Shown: positions 41,526 to 51,693, counted from the first letter of the stretch. The stretch is DNA of 64,000 nt from an uncultured Gammaproteobacteria bacterium (GCA_964651815.1 CAZYWG010000001.1:1189-65188); one strand, 5' to 3'. Numbers and translations are program-made. Notes: a model not told the origin generated them from the letters alone.

Positions 41526-42668
41526 CTACCATGCAGGAATATATTCCTTCACATTTTGCGCCGTTAAATGAAATTGTCCCGCCGGTATTTTCCCGGACAA
41601 TCCGTAAAAAACTACCTTGCGGACAAGACCCTGAATGATTCTCTCAAGCGAACGGATTCCCGAATCGTATCCCAAAGGTCTTACAATCTCGTCCCAAACA
41701 TTATCATCTATCATTATATCCTGAGTTGTCATCCCCGATTCTTTTAAAACTTTTGGGAACATATAATTTTTTGCAATTGTTATTTTCTCAATATCAGTAT
41801 ATGAAGGCATTTGGATAATTTCAAGACGGTCCAAAACTGCCGTAGAAATATCTTTTGTGTTATTTGACGTTGCAACAAAAAGAACGTTTTGAAGATTAAA
41901 TGGATAATCAATAAAGTGGTCTGAGAATGCCTTGTTTTGCGTAGGGTCCAAAAGTTCAACCAAAACTCCCATAATATCAGCCCTTGCTTCTGCCGAAACT
42001 CGATCAATTTCATCAAGTAAAATGACAGGATTATTTGTCCCTGCCCGTCTTAACGCTTTCATAAGAAGACCCGGCTCGGCATCCGGAAAAAGCCTGGTTT
42101 TTCCGCGGAGTTGAGAAGCAGAACCCATTCCCCCAAATGGAATACGCTCTATTTTCCGTCCTAAAGCTTCAGCAATTGAATATGCGATTGTTGTTTTTCC
42201 TACTCCTACCAAACCGACAAGTGAAATAATTGGTGCGCGGGCAAAAGATTCCACTCCCATTCCTTTTTGTTTTTTGTGGATAATAATTGCCAAATATTCT
42301 AAAATTTTCTCCTTAACATCATTTAAGCCAAAATGATTTGTATCAAGAACTTGCTTTGCATGGACAAGATCCAAAATATCTTCCGAGTTTTTATTCCACG
42401 GTAAATTTGTAATCCATTCTATATATCTAGAAATTGAGTCATATTCAAGAAAAAAACTACCGTCATTTTTTATAATTTTCAAGCGGTTAAGCATAGCCGT
42501 TGCTTTATCATGCAAATCAGGAGGTAAAGAAGCACTATTTATAGACGACTCGAGTTTTCCGAGCTCTGAATCAACGTTAAAACTCCCGTTTGTATTAGTG
42601 TTTGTTTGCGGAGTTGTCGGACTCTCCGTCACACCCGAACTGTCCACTTTTTGAGCAGAATTATCCAT
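41526..42668 (-). CDS. Lon-type AAA+ ATPase module with no protease domain
   Basis: YIEWITNLPW, LD.NHFGL.DVKEKILEYLA, GLVGVGKT, NPVILLDEID, ELLDP.QN..F.DH; ends at 380 aa. Confidence 0.8.
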   Translation of the reverse strand: MDNSAQKVDSSGVTESPTTPQTNTNTNGSFNVDSELGKLESSINSASLPPDLHDKATAMLNRLKIIKNDGSFFLEYDSISRYIEWITNLPWNKNSEDILDLVHAKQVLDTNHFGLNDVKEKILEYLAIIIHKKQKGMGVESFARAPIISLVGLVGVGKTTIAYSIAEALGRKIERIPFGGMGSASQLRGKTRLFPDAEPGLLMKALRRAGTNNPVILLDEIDRVSAEARADIMGVLVELLDPTQNKAFSDHFIDYPFNLQNVLFVATSNNTKDISTAVLDRLEIIQMPSYTDIEKITIAKNYMFPKVLKESGMTTQDIMIDDNVWDEIVRPLGYDSGIRSLERIIQGLVRKVVFYGLSGKIPAGQFHLTAQNVKEYIPAW

Positions 42669-42740
42669 AGTTTAAGTATAACATCATACTAAAATAGATA
42701 ACAGATGAAGAAAAATCGAAAAAAGTTTATAAAAAGCTTG

Positions 42741-42759
42741 ACCCCGATCTAATCGGGGT
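42741..42759. repeat. Short REP-like palindrome (CCCGAT...ATCGGG family)
   Basis: accccgat cta atcggggt; related cores at ~2460-2477 and ~58783-58799. Confidence 0.5.
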
Positions 42760-42869
42760 TGACAGATATACTATTTCAAATTAAACTAGATGTTAGGTCT
42801 AAAAAAGGCATGTTTAAGATAAAAACTTCTAGTTTCACTATTGACAAAATGCGTCCTATAGGATATATT
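42759..42869 (+). promoter_or_regulatory. Tandem sigma70 promoters of S53 peptidase gene
   Basis: TTGACA-17-TAAACT (42759-42787) and TTGACA-17-TATATT (42841-42869). Confidence 0.6.
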
Positions 42870-42880
42870 ATCACTTAACT

Positions 42881-44566
42881 ATGCTTTTAAAGCGAACTGC
42901 CTTTTTTGCTGCTTGTTTAATGCTTTTCTTAGTAGCGGCTTTAGTGGGAACAAAAACCCAAAGCGCTGCGGAAAAGAAACTCAAAGATATCCCTTCTAGA
43001 AATTTTAAACGCGCCTGTGATGTATCAAAAGAAAATGGCGTTGCAAGCTGCCACATTCAAGTAGTCACTGACGGAAATGGAAAGCCTCAGGCGTCCCCCA
43101 ATGTTGTTTCAGGTTTTGGCACAGTCCAATTTCATTCAGCATACAATTTACCATGTACTCCGGGCGGCCCGGTTGCATCAACATGTTCTACGCCTATAAC
43201 TTTTGGTCCTCAAATAATTGCAATAGTAGACGCGTATAATGACCCCACTGTTGAGAATGACCTTTCAGTTTACAGTTCAACTTATGGACTGCCTGCTTGT
43301 ACAAAAGCAAACGGATGTCTTACTGTTGTTAATCAGTCTGGAGGGTCAATTCTTCCTCAAAACAACAGCAGCTGGGCACTTGAAACTTCGCTTGATGTCC
43401 AAACAGCACATATGATTTGCCAAACCTGTAAAATTTTACTCGTTGAGGCGTCTACTAACAGTCTTCTAGACTTGGCAGTTTCAGTTAATCAAGCAGCAGC
43501 CATGGGCGCAACTTCAATTTCTAATAGCTACGGCGCGTCTGAATGGTCGGGAGAAACAGGATATGATTCTTATTATAATCACCCAAATGTAGCAGTTACT
43601 GCTTCTTCTGGGGACGGTGGATACGGCGCGGAATTCCCGGCGGCATCAAAAAACGTTATAGCAGTTGGCGGAACAACACTTTCACTTTTTACAGATAATT
43701 CTTATTCCGGAGAGTCTGTATGGAATGGGACAGGAAGTGGTTGCTCGGCTTACGAATTGGCGAACAGTTATCAAACTGCGCTTTCCAACTGGAATCTAAC
43801 AAATTGTGGCACCAAACGAGCAATTGCAGATATTGCAGCAGATGCTGACCCAAATACAGGAGCTGCAATTTATGACTCAACGCCTTATAACGGGAGTGCG
43901 GGGTGGTGGATTGTTGGTGGGACAAGTCTTGCTTCACCTATTGTTGCTAGCGAATACGCACTTGCCGCGGTAACAAATTCTAATCCTGCATCAGTTCTAT
44001 ACTCAAATTATAATTTGACTAATTTTCATGATGTTACTTCCGGCTCAAACGGCAATTGCGGCGGAACAATAATGTGTAATGGCGCCGCAGGCTTTGATGG
44101 ACCAACCGGTCTTGGAACATTAAATGGACTTGTGGGATTTGGTGCTTCCATTACTACACCAACACCTACCGCAACACCTACGCCTACACTAACTCCGTCA
44201 CCTACTGATACCCCTACTATAACTCCTTCACCTACCGGTACTCCATCGCCAACCGCAACACCAACTCCTACAAACGGGCCAGATACACAAGCGCCAACAG
44301 TCTCAATAACAAGTCCTCTAAATGGGGGGGTAGTCAAACAATTTCTTAAAACATCAATTTCGGCGGCTGCAAACGACAATGTTGGCGTAACAAAAGTTGA
44401 TTTCTACGTAAACGGAACGCGAATTTCAACAGATTTTACTTCTCCTTATTCAACTAACTGGACCGTACCGTTCGGGAGAAACAGATTATATAATTTGACA
44501 GCAAAAGCGTATGATGCTGCTAATAATGTAGGTACAAGCACCACGGTTACAGTAACTTCCCAGTAA
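42881..44566 (+). CDS. Secreted sedolisin-like (S53) peptidase with PT linker and Ig-like domain
   Basis: Signal peptide; ETSLD (Glu/Asp), SSGDGG, GGTSLASP, GFDGPTGLG; (TP)n; DTQAPTVSIT..DNVGVTKVDFY. Confidence 0.87.
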   Translation: MLLKRTAFFAACLMLFLVAALVGTKTQSAAEKKLKDIPSRNFKRACDVSKENGVASCHIQVVTDGNGKPQASPNVVSGFGTVQFHSAYNLPCTPGGPVASTCSTPITFGPQIIAIVDAYNDPTVENDLSVYSSTYGLPACTKANGCLTVVNQSGGSILPQNNSSWALETSLDVQTAHMICQTCKILLVEASTNSLLDLAVSVNQAAAMGATSISNSYGASEWSGETGYDSYYNHPNVAVTASSGDGGYGAEFPAASKNVIAVGGTTLSLFTDNSYSGESVWNGTGSGCSAYELANSYQTALSNWNLTNCGTKRAIADIAADADPNTGAAIYDSTPYNGSAGWWIVGGTSLASPIVASEYALAAVTNSNPASVLYSNYNLTNFHDVTSGSNGNCGGTIMCNGAAGFDGPTGLGTLNGLVGFGASITTPTPTATPTPTLTPSPTDTPTITPSPTGTPSPTATPTPTNGPDTQAPTVSITSPLNGGVVKQFLKTSISAAANDNVGVTKVDFYVNGTRISTDFTSPYSTNWTVPFGRNRLYNLTAKAYDAANNVGTSTTVTVTSQ

Positions 44567-44654
44567 ACAAAATCTAATTATAACTTTTTAGTCTCATTAA
44601 AACACCGAAAACGGATTACGGATTGAACGGGGGGATAGCTATCTGAGAATTAAA

Positions 44655-47060
44655 TTATCTTCTGTTGCGGTCGTCGCGGGTTCCAGCCGGACGAAGGGAA
44701 TCAAAAGGGGCCGGTCCACTATTTCTTGAACCGCGTCTAAAAGGTGGCCTTCCGCCAGTTCTACTTGGTCCTGAGCTTCTTGGACCGCTTGATCTGTCAT
44801 TTCTGGGTCCATAAGATCCACCACGTGACGGCCCTGAAGAACTTCTAGGAGGTCCAAAACTTCTTGCGTCTCTACGTGGAGGTCTATCTTCTACTTGAAT
44901 TCCTCCCGAATCACGTGGACCTTGTCCACCTCGGTCTGATCCTCCTCCACCTTGACCGCCTTCCGGTCTTTCAGGTCTTTCGCCAAAAATCATTGAAAGA
45001 TTAATTCTTCCGTGCTCATCAACTTCTTTTACATTTACTTTTACTTTTTGTCCAATTTCAACAACATCACTCGGATCTTTTACGTATTCTGTTGACATTT
45101 CAGACACATGAACAAGCCCTTCTTTTCCGGGAACTATTTCAACAAAAGCTCCAAATGTTACAATTCTTTTGACAATTCCTTCAAAAACTTCACCACGTTT
45201 CAGTTCTCGGGTAATAAGGTCAACCCATTCTGCTGCGCGCTCTACTGCCGCTTCATCTATTGCAGAAATTGAAACCGTTCCGTCTTCTGCAACGTCAACT
45301 GTAGCACCAGTTGTTGCTGAAATGTTTCTGATTGTTTTTCCACCGCTTCCAATAACCTCGCCAATTTTTTCAGGATTAATCTTAACTGTCCTAATCTTTG
45401 GGGCATATTTTGAAACATCTTGACGTGCAGATGGAATTACTTTCAACATTTTTTCCAAAACTTCAAGACGAGCAACACGAGCTTTTTCAAGCGTTTCTTC
45501 AACAATTTCGTCGGATAATCCGGGAATTTTTACGTCCAATTGAATTGCGGTTATTCCTTTTGCAGTACCCGCAACTTTGAAATCCATGTCTCCTGAAAAA
45601 TCTTCAAGTCCAATAATATCTGTCAAAACTACAAATTTATCGCCAAGTGTCATAAGTCCGATTGCAATTCCTGCAACTGGAGCTGTGATTGGAACTCCGG
45701 CATCCATTAATGCAAGGGTTGAACCACAAACGGCAGCTTGTGAAGTAGATCCGTTTGAAGACATAATTTCTGAAACAACACGAATTGCGTATGGAAATGC
45801 CGATGCTTCTGGTAAGACTGCTTCAAGCGCTCTTTCTGCCAGTGCTCCGTGCCCAATTTCACGTCTATTCGGGGACATCATGCGTCCCGTCTCTCCAACA
45901 GAATATGGAGGGAAAGAATAATGATGCATGTAACGTTTCTTCTCTTCACCTTCTGGCCCTTCAATTATTTGCTCTAGAGAAGATGGTCCGAGCGTTGCAA
46001 TTGACAATCCTTGAGTTTCTCCACGTGCGAACAAAGCAGAACCGTGAACGCGAGGTATAAGTCCAACTTGAGCAGAGATTGGCCTGATTTGGTCAATTTT
46101 TCGCCCATCCGGCCTTTTTTTGTTATTAATAATTTCCTCACGTACTGTCTTTTTGAAAACATAATCAACCGCACCGGCAACTTTTCCTTTGTCATCTATA
46201 TTTTCTTTTTCAAGTTCATAAATTGCGTCAATTATTTCCTGAAGTTCCGCTCCTACCTCACGGTTCACACCTTTTTCAATTAAATCCATCATCTTGTCCT
46301 TGTATGATTTCTCGACAAGCATCTTTATCTCTTCCATCTTTTCGTCCTTTGCGAGCTCAATTTTTTTGTCTCCAATTTCTTTGACCCATTCATTTATTGC
46401 TTCTTCGATTCTTTCGTTTGCTTCTTTGGCAAGTTTTATTCCGCTATCAACTCTCTCTTCTGTTACTTGCTTGGCTCCTGCCTCAATCATAACTGCTTTA
46501 CCCTGGCGGGATGATACTATTAAATCAAGTTCCATAAAAGGCTCTTCTGTTGCGGCCGGATTTATAACTAATTCCTCTTCCGCGTCTTTTTTAAGAAGTC
46601 CCACACGGGTTACACCAATAGGTCCATTCCATGGGATTTTTGAGAGTGATAAAGCTGCAGAGACACAAACCGCACCCAAAATATCGGGTTTGTTTTCTCC
46701 GTCTACTGATAAAACAGTAATTACTACTTGAATGTCTTTTTTGAGTTCTTTTGGAAAAAGAGGTCTGATAGAGCGGTCAATAACACGTGCTGTCAAAATA
46801 GCCTCGTCCGAAGGTCTTCCTTCACGTTTTACCCAGCGGCTTCCTTTTATCTTGCCTCCAGCGTAAAGTCTTTCTACATATTCAACCGAAAGAGGAAAAT
46901 AGCCAAGAGTGGTATCATTTTTACCCATGACAACGGTTGCAATAACCATTGTGTCACCCATGCGTCCGAGAACAGCTGCCGTGGCTTGTTCTGCCATAAC
47001 ACCGGTCTCGAGCGTGATAGTATTACCGTTTACTTTAATTACTTTCGATGATTTCTTCAT
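44655..47060 (-). CDS. pnp: Polyribonucleotide nucleotidyltransferase
   Basis: FPLSVEY.E, RREIGHG, SNGSTS, GDMDFKVAGT, KH and S1 domains, R/G/S-rich tail. Confidence 0.98.
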   Translation of the reverse strand: MKKSSKVIKVNGNTITLETGVMAEQATAAVLGRMGDTMVIATVVMGKNDTTLGYFPLSVEYVERLYAGGKIKGSRWVKREGRPSDEAILTARVIDRSIRPLFPKELKKDIQVVITVLSVDGENKPDILGAVCVSAALSLSKIPWNGPIGVTRVGLLKKDAEEELVINPAATEEPFMELDLIVSSRQGKAVMIEAGAKQVTEERVDSGIKLAKEANERIEEAINEWVKEIGDKKIELAKDEKMEEIKMLVEKSYKDKMMDLIEKGVNREVGAELQEIIDAIYELEKENIDDKGKVAGAVDYVFKKTVREEIINNKKRPDGRKIDQIRPISAQVGLIPRVHGSALFARGETQGLSIATLGPSSLEQIIEGPEGEEKKRYMHHYSFPPYSVGETGRMMSPNRREIGHGALAERALEAVLPEASAFPYAIRVVSEIMSSNGSTSQAAVCGSTLALMDAGVPITAPVAGIAIGLMTLGDKFVVLTDIIGLEDFSGDMDFKVAGTAKGITAIQLDVKIPGLSDEIVEETLEKARVARLEVLEKMLKVIPSARQDVSKYAPKIRTVKINPEKIGEVIGSGGKTIRNISATTGATVDVAEDGTVSISAIDEAAVERAAEWVDLITRELKRGEVFEGIVKRIVTFGAFVEIVPGKEGLVHVSEMSTEYVKDPSDVVEIGQKVKVNVKEVDEHGRINLSMIFGERPERPEGGQGGGGSDRGGQGPRDSGGIQVEDRPPRRDARSFGPPRSSSGPSRGGSYGPRNDRSSGPRSSGPSRTGGRPPFRRGSRNSGPAPFDSLRPAGTRDDRNRR

Positions 47061-47141
47061 TTATATTCTGGGGTTTATTTAAGTGGTTTGACTTTTGTTT
47101 TCTTAAGTTTTAAATCTTAAGTCTAAAGTCTTATACTTGAG

Positions 47142-47411
47142 TTATGCGGCCAGTCCTACTTTCTTTCCTATTTCTCCACCCCTGTCCTTATCCATTCTAA
47201 TTAAAAAATTAAAAAGTCTGCGTCTTTTTGAGAGCATATTAAGTAAACCACGGCGAGAATGTGAATCTTTTTGGTGGATTTTTAAATGATCCGTAAGCTT
47301 TTGAATTTGATGAGTCAAAAGTGCAATTTGGACCTCAGGACTTCCCGTGTCACCTTTAACGGTTGCGAATTCTTCTATAATTTTTTTCTTGTCGTCTGTA
47401 GCTAAAGCCAT
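47142..47411 (-). CDS. rpsO: 30S ribosomal protein S15
   Basis: DTGSPEVQIALLT, HQKDSHSRRGLL. Confidence 0.98.
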   Translation of the reverse strand: MALATDDKKKIIEEFATVKGDTGSPEVQIALLTHQIQKLTDHLKIHQKDSHSRRGLLNMLSKRRRLFNFLIRMDKDRGGEIGKKVGLAA

Positions 47412-47539
47412 ATATTATTATTGGTTGTTAGTTCGTGGTTCTAGGGGATTATTTTATTAATTCCTAAGAACTATGAACCAAAATCTAATAACCAACTTGT
47501 ATTTTAACAGATTTGAACCCGATTTTCAATTGGCTCTTG

Positions 47540-48751
47540 TTAATTCCCTTTTCTTGACCCTTTGAAGACCTTGGGGAGAAACCAATCATCTGGAATTTCA
47601 TCTGACGCGGCGTTTTCTGTTTCACCACTCGCTTTATTTATATTGGGAGTATTGAAAATGTCATCTGCAAATGAATCCAAGCTTGGGTTTTGCGTTGGCT
47701 GCGCCGAGGACGCAGGCGGCATTTGCGGTGCCATTTGAGGCCTGTTGGTTGCTGCAACAGGTTGATTTTGAACTGTAGGACTAGGATTTTGGTTTTGGGA
47801 TGGAGCATTGAACTTTAATTTTGGATTGTTGGATTGATTTTGGTTACGAACCGGACCGGCCTGGTTCTGGTTTCTATTCTGATTTTGTGGAACTGATTGG
47901 TTTTGTCCTCTTTGTGACTGTCCACTCTGTCCACTTTGTCCCTGCGGACGCGAGTTAAGAAAATAGTCTTCTTTTGGAAAGCTATCTTGCGCATTAGTAG
48001 ATCTTATATCTTCTTTTTTCTCTTTTCTCTTAGCGCCATTTTGAAGCAAAAAACCGGCTGCTTCAAAAGCAAAAGCAGACGTTGTGGGATGGGTAAAATT
48101 ACGAGTCGCAAAAGTAATTCCATCCATGAGATTTTGGAATGCATCAAGATCTATATCAAGTGCAGCTTCCATAATAAGCGAGGTAACAATTTCTGAAACG
48201 GAAGAAAATGCCGGATCAATTAGATTAACGTCTCCAATAAGGTTATTCATTGGGCTACGGTCTATATGAATTGTACGGACAGACTTTGGGTCAACAAAAG
48301 ATGTGAGCTCTGTTTCATCTAATACGCCAATAGTGATAATTAACGAAGGAGAAGAACCTTTCTTAATATATTGGACGTCGCGTTCATCAAAATTTATGCC
48401 GTTTGTCTCGGCAAATAGGTTTACATTTAGCTTGTCTCCCTCTATATTATATGAGACTTTCTCTATTTCTCCCTCGCGGTAAGGGACTGCAATTGTGACA
48501 ATTTTGGTAAGTCCGTCAAAAGAGTGCCCAATCTGGTCAACACCAAAAAGGTTTGAAACTTCAACTATCGGATCTTTTTTAGAGATTATTTGGACGTTTT
48601 TGCCCATTTGCTCAAGTGTGAGATAAAGGCCAAGGGCCGCGGCTACCGTGTCAATACTTTGGCTTTCACCAAGAATAATTCCAACGCTTGCCTCTGAATC
48701 AAGAAGCTCAAGTATTTGACTCTTTTGGTTTTTTAACAATGAATTCGTCAT
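47540..48751 (-). CDS. Degenerate DHH-family (NrnA-like) protein with Q/N-rich tail
   Basis: SIDTVAAALGL, HIDRS in place of IDHH, SSVSEI, GI..AT.NF; between infB and rpsO. Confidence 0.68.
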   Translation of the reverse strand: MTNSLLKNQKSQILELLDSEASVGIILGESQSIDTVAAALGLYLTLEQMGKNVQIISKKDPIVEVSNLFGVDQIGHSFDGLTKIVTIAVPYREGEIEKVSYNIEGDKLNVNLFAETNGINFDERDVQYIKKGSSPSLIITIGVLDETELTSFVDPKSVRTIHIDRSPMNNLIGDVNLIDPAFSSVSEIVTSLIMEAALDIDLDAFQNLMDGITFATRNFTHPTTSAFAFEAAGFLLQNGAKRKEKKEDIRSTNAQDSFPKEDYFLNSRPQGQSGQSGQSQRGQNQSVPQNQNRNQNQAGPVRNQNQSNNPKLKFNAPSQNQNPSPTVQNQPVAATNRPQMAPQMPPASSAQPTQNPSLDSFADDIFNTPNINKASGETENAASDEIPDDWFLPKVFKGSRKGN

Positions 48752-48802
48752 TTTAGGTATTTACCGTTTAGCCTCAATAATTTGGCAGATTGTGGCTATT
48801 TC

Positions 48803-50299
48803 TTAGCTGCTAACTTTGCTATAGGCTATTATAACATCTTGTGGCGCAAAGTCAATATCGTGGCTAATCATGATACCGCACTCGGAATTCTTTTGGGCTA
48901 TTTTCACATCTTCTTTTCCCTGCTTGATTGAGGAGATTTCCGCAGCACCCATCTCACGCTCGGCTCTGAAAACCTTAATACGGTCCCCAACGGCAATCCT
49001 CCCTGCGGTCACTTTAAGCCCAAGAATGGCTCCCGTTGTACCCATAAATGAGGCCTGAATTGTGGCTCGTCCCAGCTCTTTTTCAATTTTTTCTTCACCC
49101 AAAACTGATATCAAATTATTGATATCATCAAGCATTTGATAAATTATGTTGTATGATTTATAAAAAACTTTTTCCGAGTCAGCAAGCTGTTTTGCTTCAC
49201 GTGTAACATTTACATTGAATCCCATAACGAGCGCTTTGAAATCCTTTGCCATTAGAATATCTGAAACTGCAATATCCCCTTGCCCTTCATAAATTACTTT
49301 TATGTTGTCGGGCATTGAGTTTTTAACAGCCTCCATTTCTGCGCTTGTCTCACATTTTAAAACAATTGGAATAAATTCAGGGCTATCCACGGTCAAAAAT
49401 TGCATTAAGTCGGCAGGCGTTTGGACAATAATTTCTTTTACTGGCGCAACAATTGGCTCAACTTGCCTGTCATAAATAACAGATCCAGCCGGCAAAACTT
49501 CTGTTAGACCAAGAATTTCAACGGCTTCTCCCGGAAACGCTTCTTTTACATTTTTTGCGTTAACATTAACAATTGCCTTCACTTTTCCTTTTTCTTCCCC
49601 ATGGGCAAAAAGCGCTTGGCCAACAGAAAGCGTCCCTTGTTTTATAACTAAAGAGCCAACAATGCCGCGGCGCATATCGTGCTTTACATCAATTGCTACG
49701 GCCATAAATTCCGTGTTTTTGTCTTTTTTTGCACCCGAATAATCATAAACCAAAACAACGAGGTCAAGCAGATCTTTAACTTTCTCCCCGGTTTTTGAAG
49801 AAACACCAATATAAGGGACATTTCCACCAAGTCCTTCTAATAAAATTCCTTCAGATAAAACCTGCTGTTTTGATTTTTCGATTTGCGCAGTTTCCATATC
49901 AATTTTTGTAAATACCACGATGAATGGGATTTTTGCCTCAAGAATTTTTCCGATTGATTCACGCGTTTGGGGCATTATTCCATCGTCGGCAGCAATTATG
50001 AGTAAGGCGATATCTGCAGCATTAACTCCTTGTGAACGCATATTGGCGAATGCCTCATGCCCCGGGGTGTCTATAAAAGTTATGTGGCGGACCTGACCTT
50101 CGTGTTTTATTTCAATCTCTGAGGCTCCAATTTTTTGGGTAATTCCACCTTTTTCGCGGGCGGCAACAGAAGTTTCGCGGATTTTATCAAGTAATGAGGT
50201 TTTTCCGTGGTCAACGTGGCCTAAAACAGAGACGACTGGCGCGAATTCAGATGTATTTGCTTGCACTGTAACTTTTTTAAGTTTGTCTTTTTTGTCCAT
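48803..50299 (-). CDS. infB: Translation initiation factor IF-2 (short, no N-domain)
   Basis: GHVDHGKT, GGITQ.IGA, DTPGHEAF, ECGI. Confidence 0.96.
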   Translation of the reverse strand: MDKKDKLKKVTVQANTSEFAPVVSVLGHVDHGKTSLLDKIRETSVAAREKGGITQKIGASEIEIKHEGQVRHITFIDTPGHEAFANMRSQGVNAADIALLIIAADDGIMPQTRESIGKILEAKIPFIVVFTKIDMETAQIEKSKQQVLSEGILLEGLGGNVPYIGVSSKTGEKVKDLLDLVVLVYDYSGAKKDKNTEFMAVAIDVKHDMRRGIVGSLVIKQGTLSVGQALFAHGEEKGKVKAIVNVNAKNVKEAFPGEAVEILGLTEVLPAGSVIYDRQVEPIVAPVKEIIVQTPADLMQFLTVDSPEFIPIVLKCETSAEMEAVKNSMPDNIKVIYEGQGDIAVSDILMAKDFKALVMGFNVNVTREAKQLADSEKVFYKSYNIIYQMLDDINNLISVLGEEKIEKELGRATIQASFMGTTGAILGLKVTAGRIAVGDRIKVFRAEREMGAAEISSIKQGKEDVKIAQKNSECGIMISHDIDFAPQDVIIAYSKVSS

Positions 50300-50334
50300 A
50301 TTTTGTATTTATAAACTAAGCTTCTCATGACAGA

Positions 50335-51669
50335 TTACTTAGGCTCACTCGCGTCGCTATCGCTTTTGCGAAGCGTGCCGGTGTCCTCGACAGAGTCGAT
50401 AGGGGCGGCCGCAGTTTTTTCTTCGCTTTCTTCAGAAACTTTCATGTCTGCGTCTGTGTCTGCGACAGGAGTTTCGACAAGGTCTGTTGCTGCTATTTCT
50501 GTGGGTGCCTCTGTAGGAGGTCCCGAAACAGGTTTTTCCTCCGACGCAGCGTCTTCAGGTATCATTACATGCTCTGGTTCAACTGCTTGAACTTCAGGTT
50601 CAAGTGGTTTTGCTTCTTTTGGAACTTCTACTGGCGCGATTTCAGCAGGAGTTTCCACTGGCTTTACCTCAGCAGGAGTTTCCACTGGCTTTACCTCAGC
50701 CGGAGTTTCCACAACAGGCGCGTCAATTCCTTCTACCTCAATATTATATTCCGCAAGTTTTGAAGCTAAACGGACGTTCTGTCCCTCGCGACCTATAATC
50801 AATGGAAGTTCTTCACGTGGAGCTGTGACTTTTGCAGTTTTTTCTTTCTCATTTACTTCAACGGTCAAATTCTTAGCTGGAGAAAGTGCATTTGTTATAA
50901 GGTGAACCGGGTCATTACTCCACTGGATAACATCAATTTTTTCAAGACCATCAAGCGCATCAATTACCGCCTGAATACGCACACCTTTTTGTCCAACGCA
51001 AGATCCTACAGGATCAATACCAGATTGCTCAGAATAAACAGCAATTTTAGCACGGTTTCCAGGCTCCCTAACTACTTTTTTAACCGTTACCGAACCTGAC
51101 GAAACCTCCGGGACTTCACGTCGCAAAAGCCCTTCAATCAAACCGGGGTGTGCACGAGAAACCATGATTTCTCTTTTCTCTTCATCTATTCCGCGGATAT
51201 AAACAGGCATTTTTTTATTAATAAAATATTGTTCTGTAGGAATTTTGTCCACAGCTTCCATCATGGCTTCCGCTTTTCCTACGTCAAGGATGATATTTGG
51301 CCCGACAAAACGCAAAATCATACCATTGACTACGGTACCTATTCTTTTTGTGTATTCAAGAATTACAGCGTCTTTTTCTTTTTCGCGGATTTTCTGGAGT
51401 AAAACTTGCTTTGCTGTTTGAGCGGCGATTCTGCCAAACCCTGGAGGCGTTACATTTTCTTTTTTGTGAAGGACGGAAGTTTCACCTGTATTCTCATTTA
51501 GGTCAACTGTGTAGTCATCTATTTCTTCATCGGGGATGGGATTATCTTTGCGGTAAGCAGCAAGAATTGCGCCCTTCATTGTCTCAAGGACAACAGCAGG
51601 GTCAACACCCCTCTCTGAGGCTATCTGATTTAATGCTAATGCAAATTCGCTTCTCTGTATTGCTGCCAT
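50335..51669 (-). CDS. nusA: Transcription termination factor NusA
   Basis: FGRIAAQTAKQV, REPG.RAKIAV, DPVGSCVGQKG.R, IGREGQNVRLA; acidic tail. Confidence 0.96.
   Translation of the reverse strand: MAAIQRSEFALALNQIASERGVDPAVVLETMKGAILAAYRKDNPIPDEEIDDYTVDLNENTGETSVLHKKENVTPPGFGRIAAQTAKQVLLQKIREKEKDAVILEYTKRIGTVVNGMILRFVGPNIILDVGKAEAMMEAVDKIPTEQYFINKKMPVYIRGIDEEKREIMVSRAHPGLIEGLLRREVPEVSSGSVTVKKVVREPGNRAKIAVYSEQSGIDPVGSCVGQKGVRIQAVIDALDGLEKIDVIQWSNDPVHLITNALSPAKNLTVEVNEKEKTAKVTAPREELPLIIGREGQNVRLASKLAEYNIEVEGIDAPVVETPAEVKPVETPAEVKPVETPAEIAPVEVPKEAKPLEPEVQAVEPEHVMIPEDAASEEKPVSGPPTEAPTEIAATDLVETPVADTDADMKVSEESEEKTAAAPIDSVEDTGTLRKSDSDASEPK
50642..50712. repeat. 27-bp tandem repeat (~2.6 copies) encoding VETPAEVKP in the NusA tail
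   Basis: tcagcaggagtttccactggctttacc x2 plus partial copy. Confidence 0.9.
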
Positions 51670-51693
51670 AATTACTTTTCAAGTAATTATGCA

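Noticed and set aside
44639-44857. 72 aa alternative-frame ORF overlapping the pnp tail
   Set aside because: Lies in the GC-rich low-complexity tail of pnp with no initiation signal; no evidence for a frameshift product
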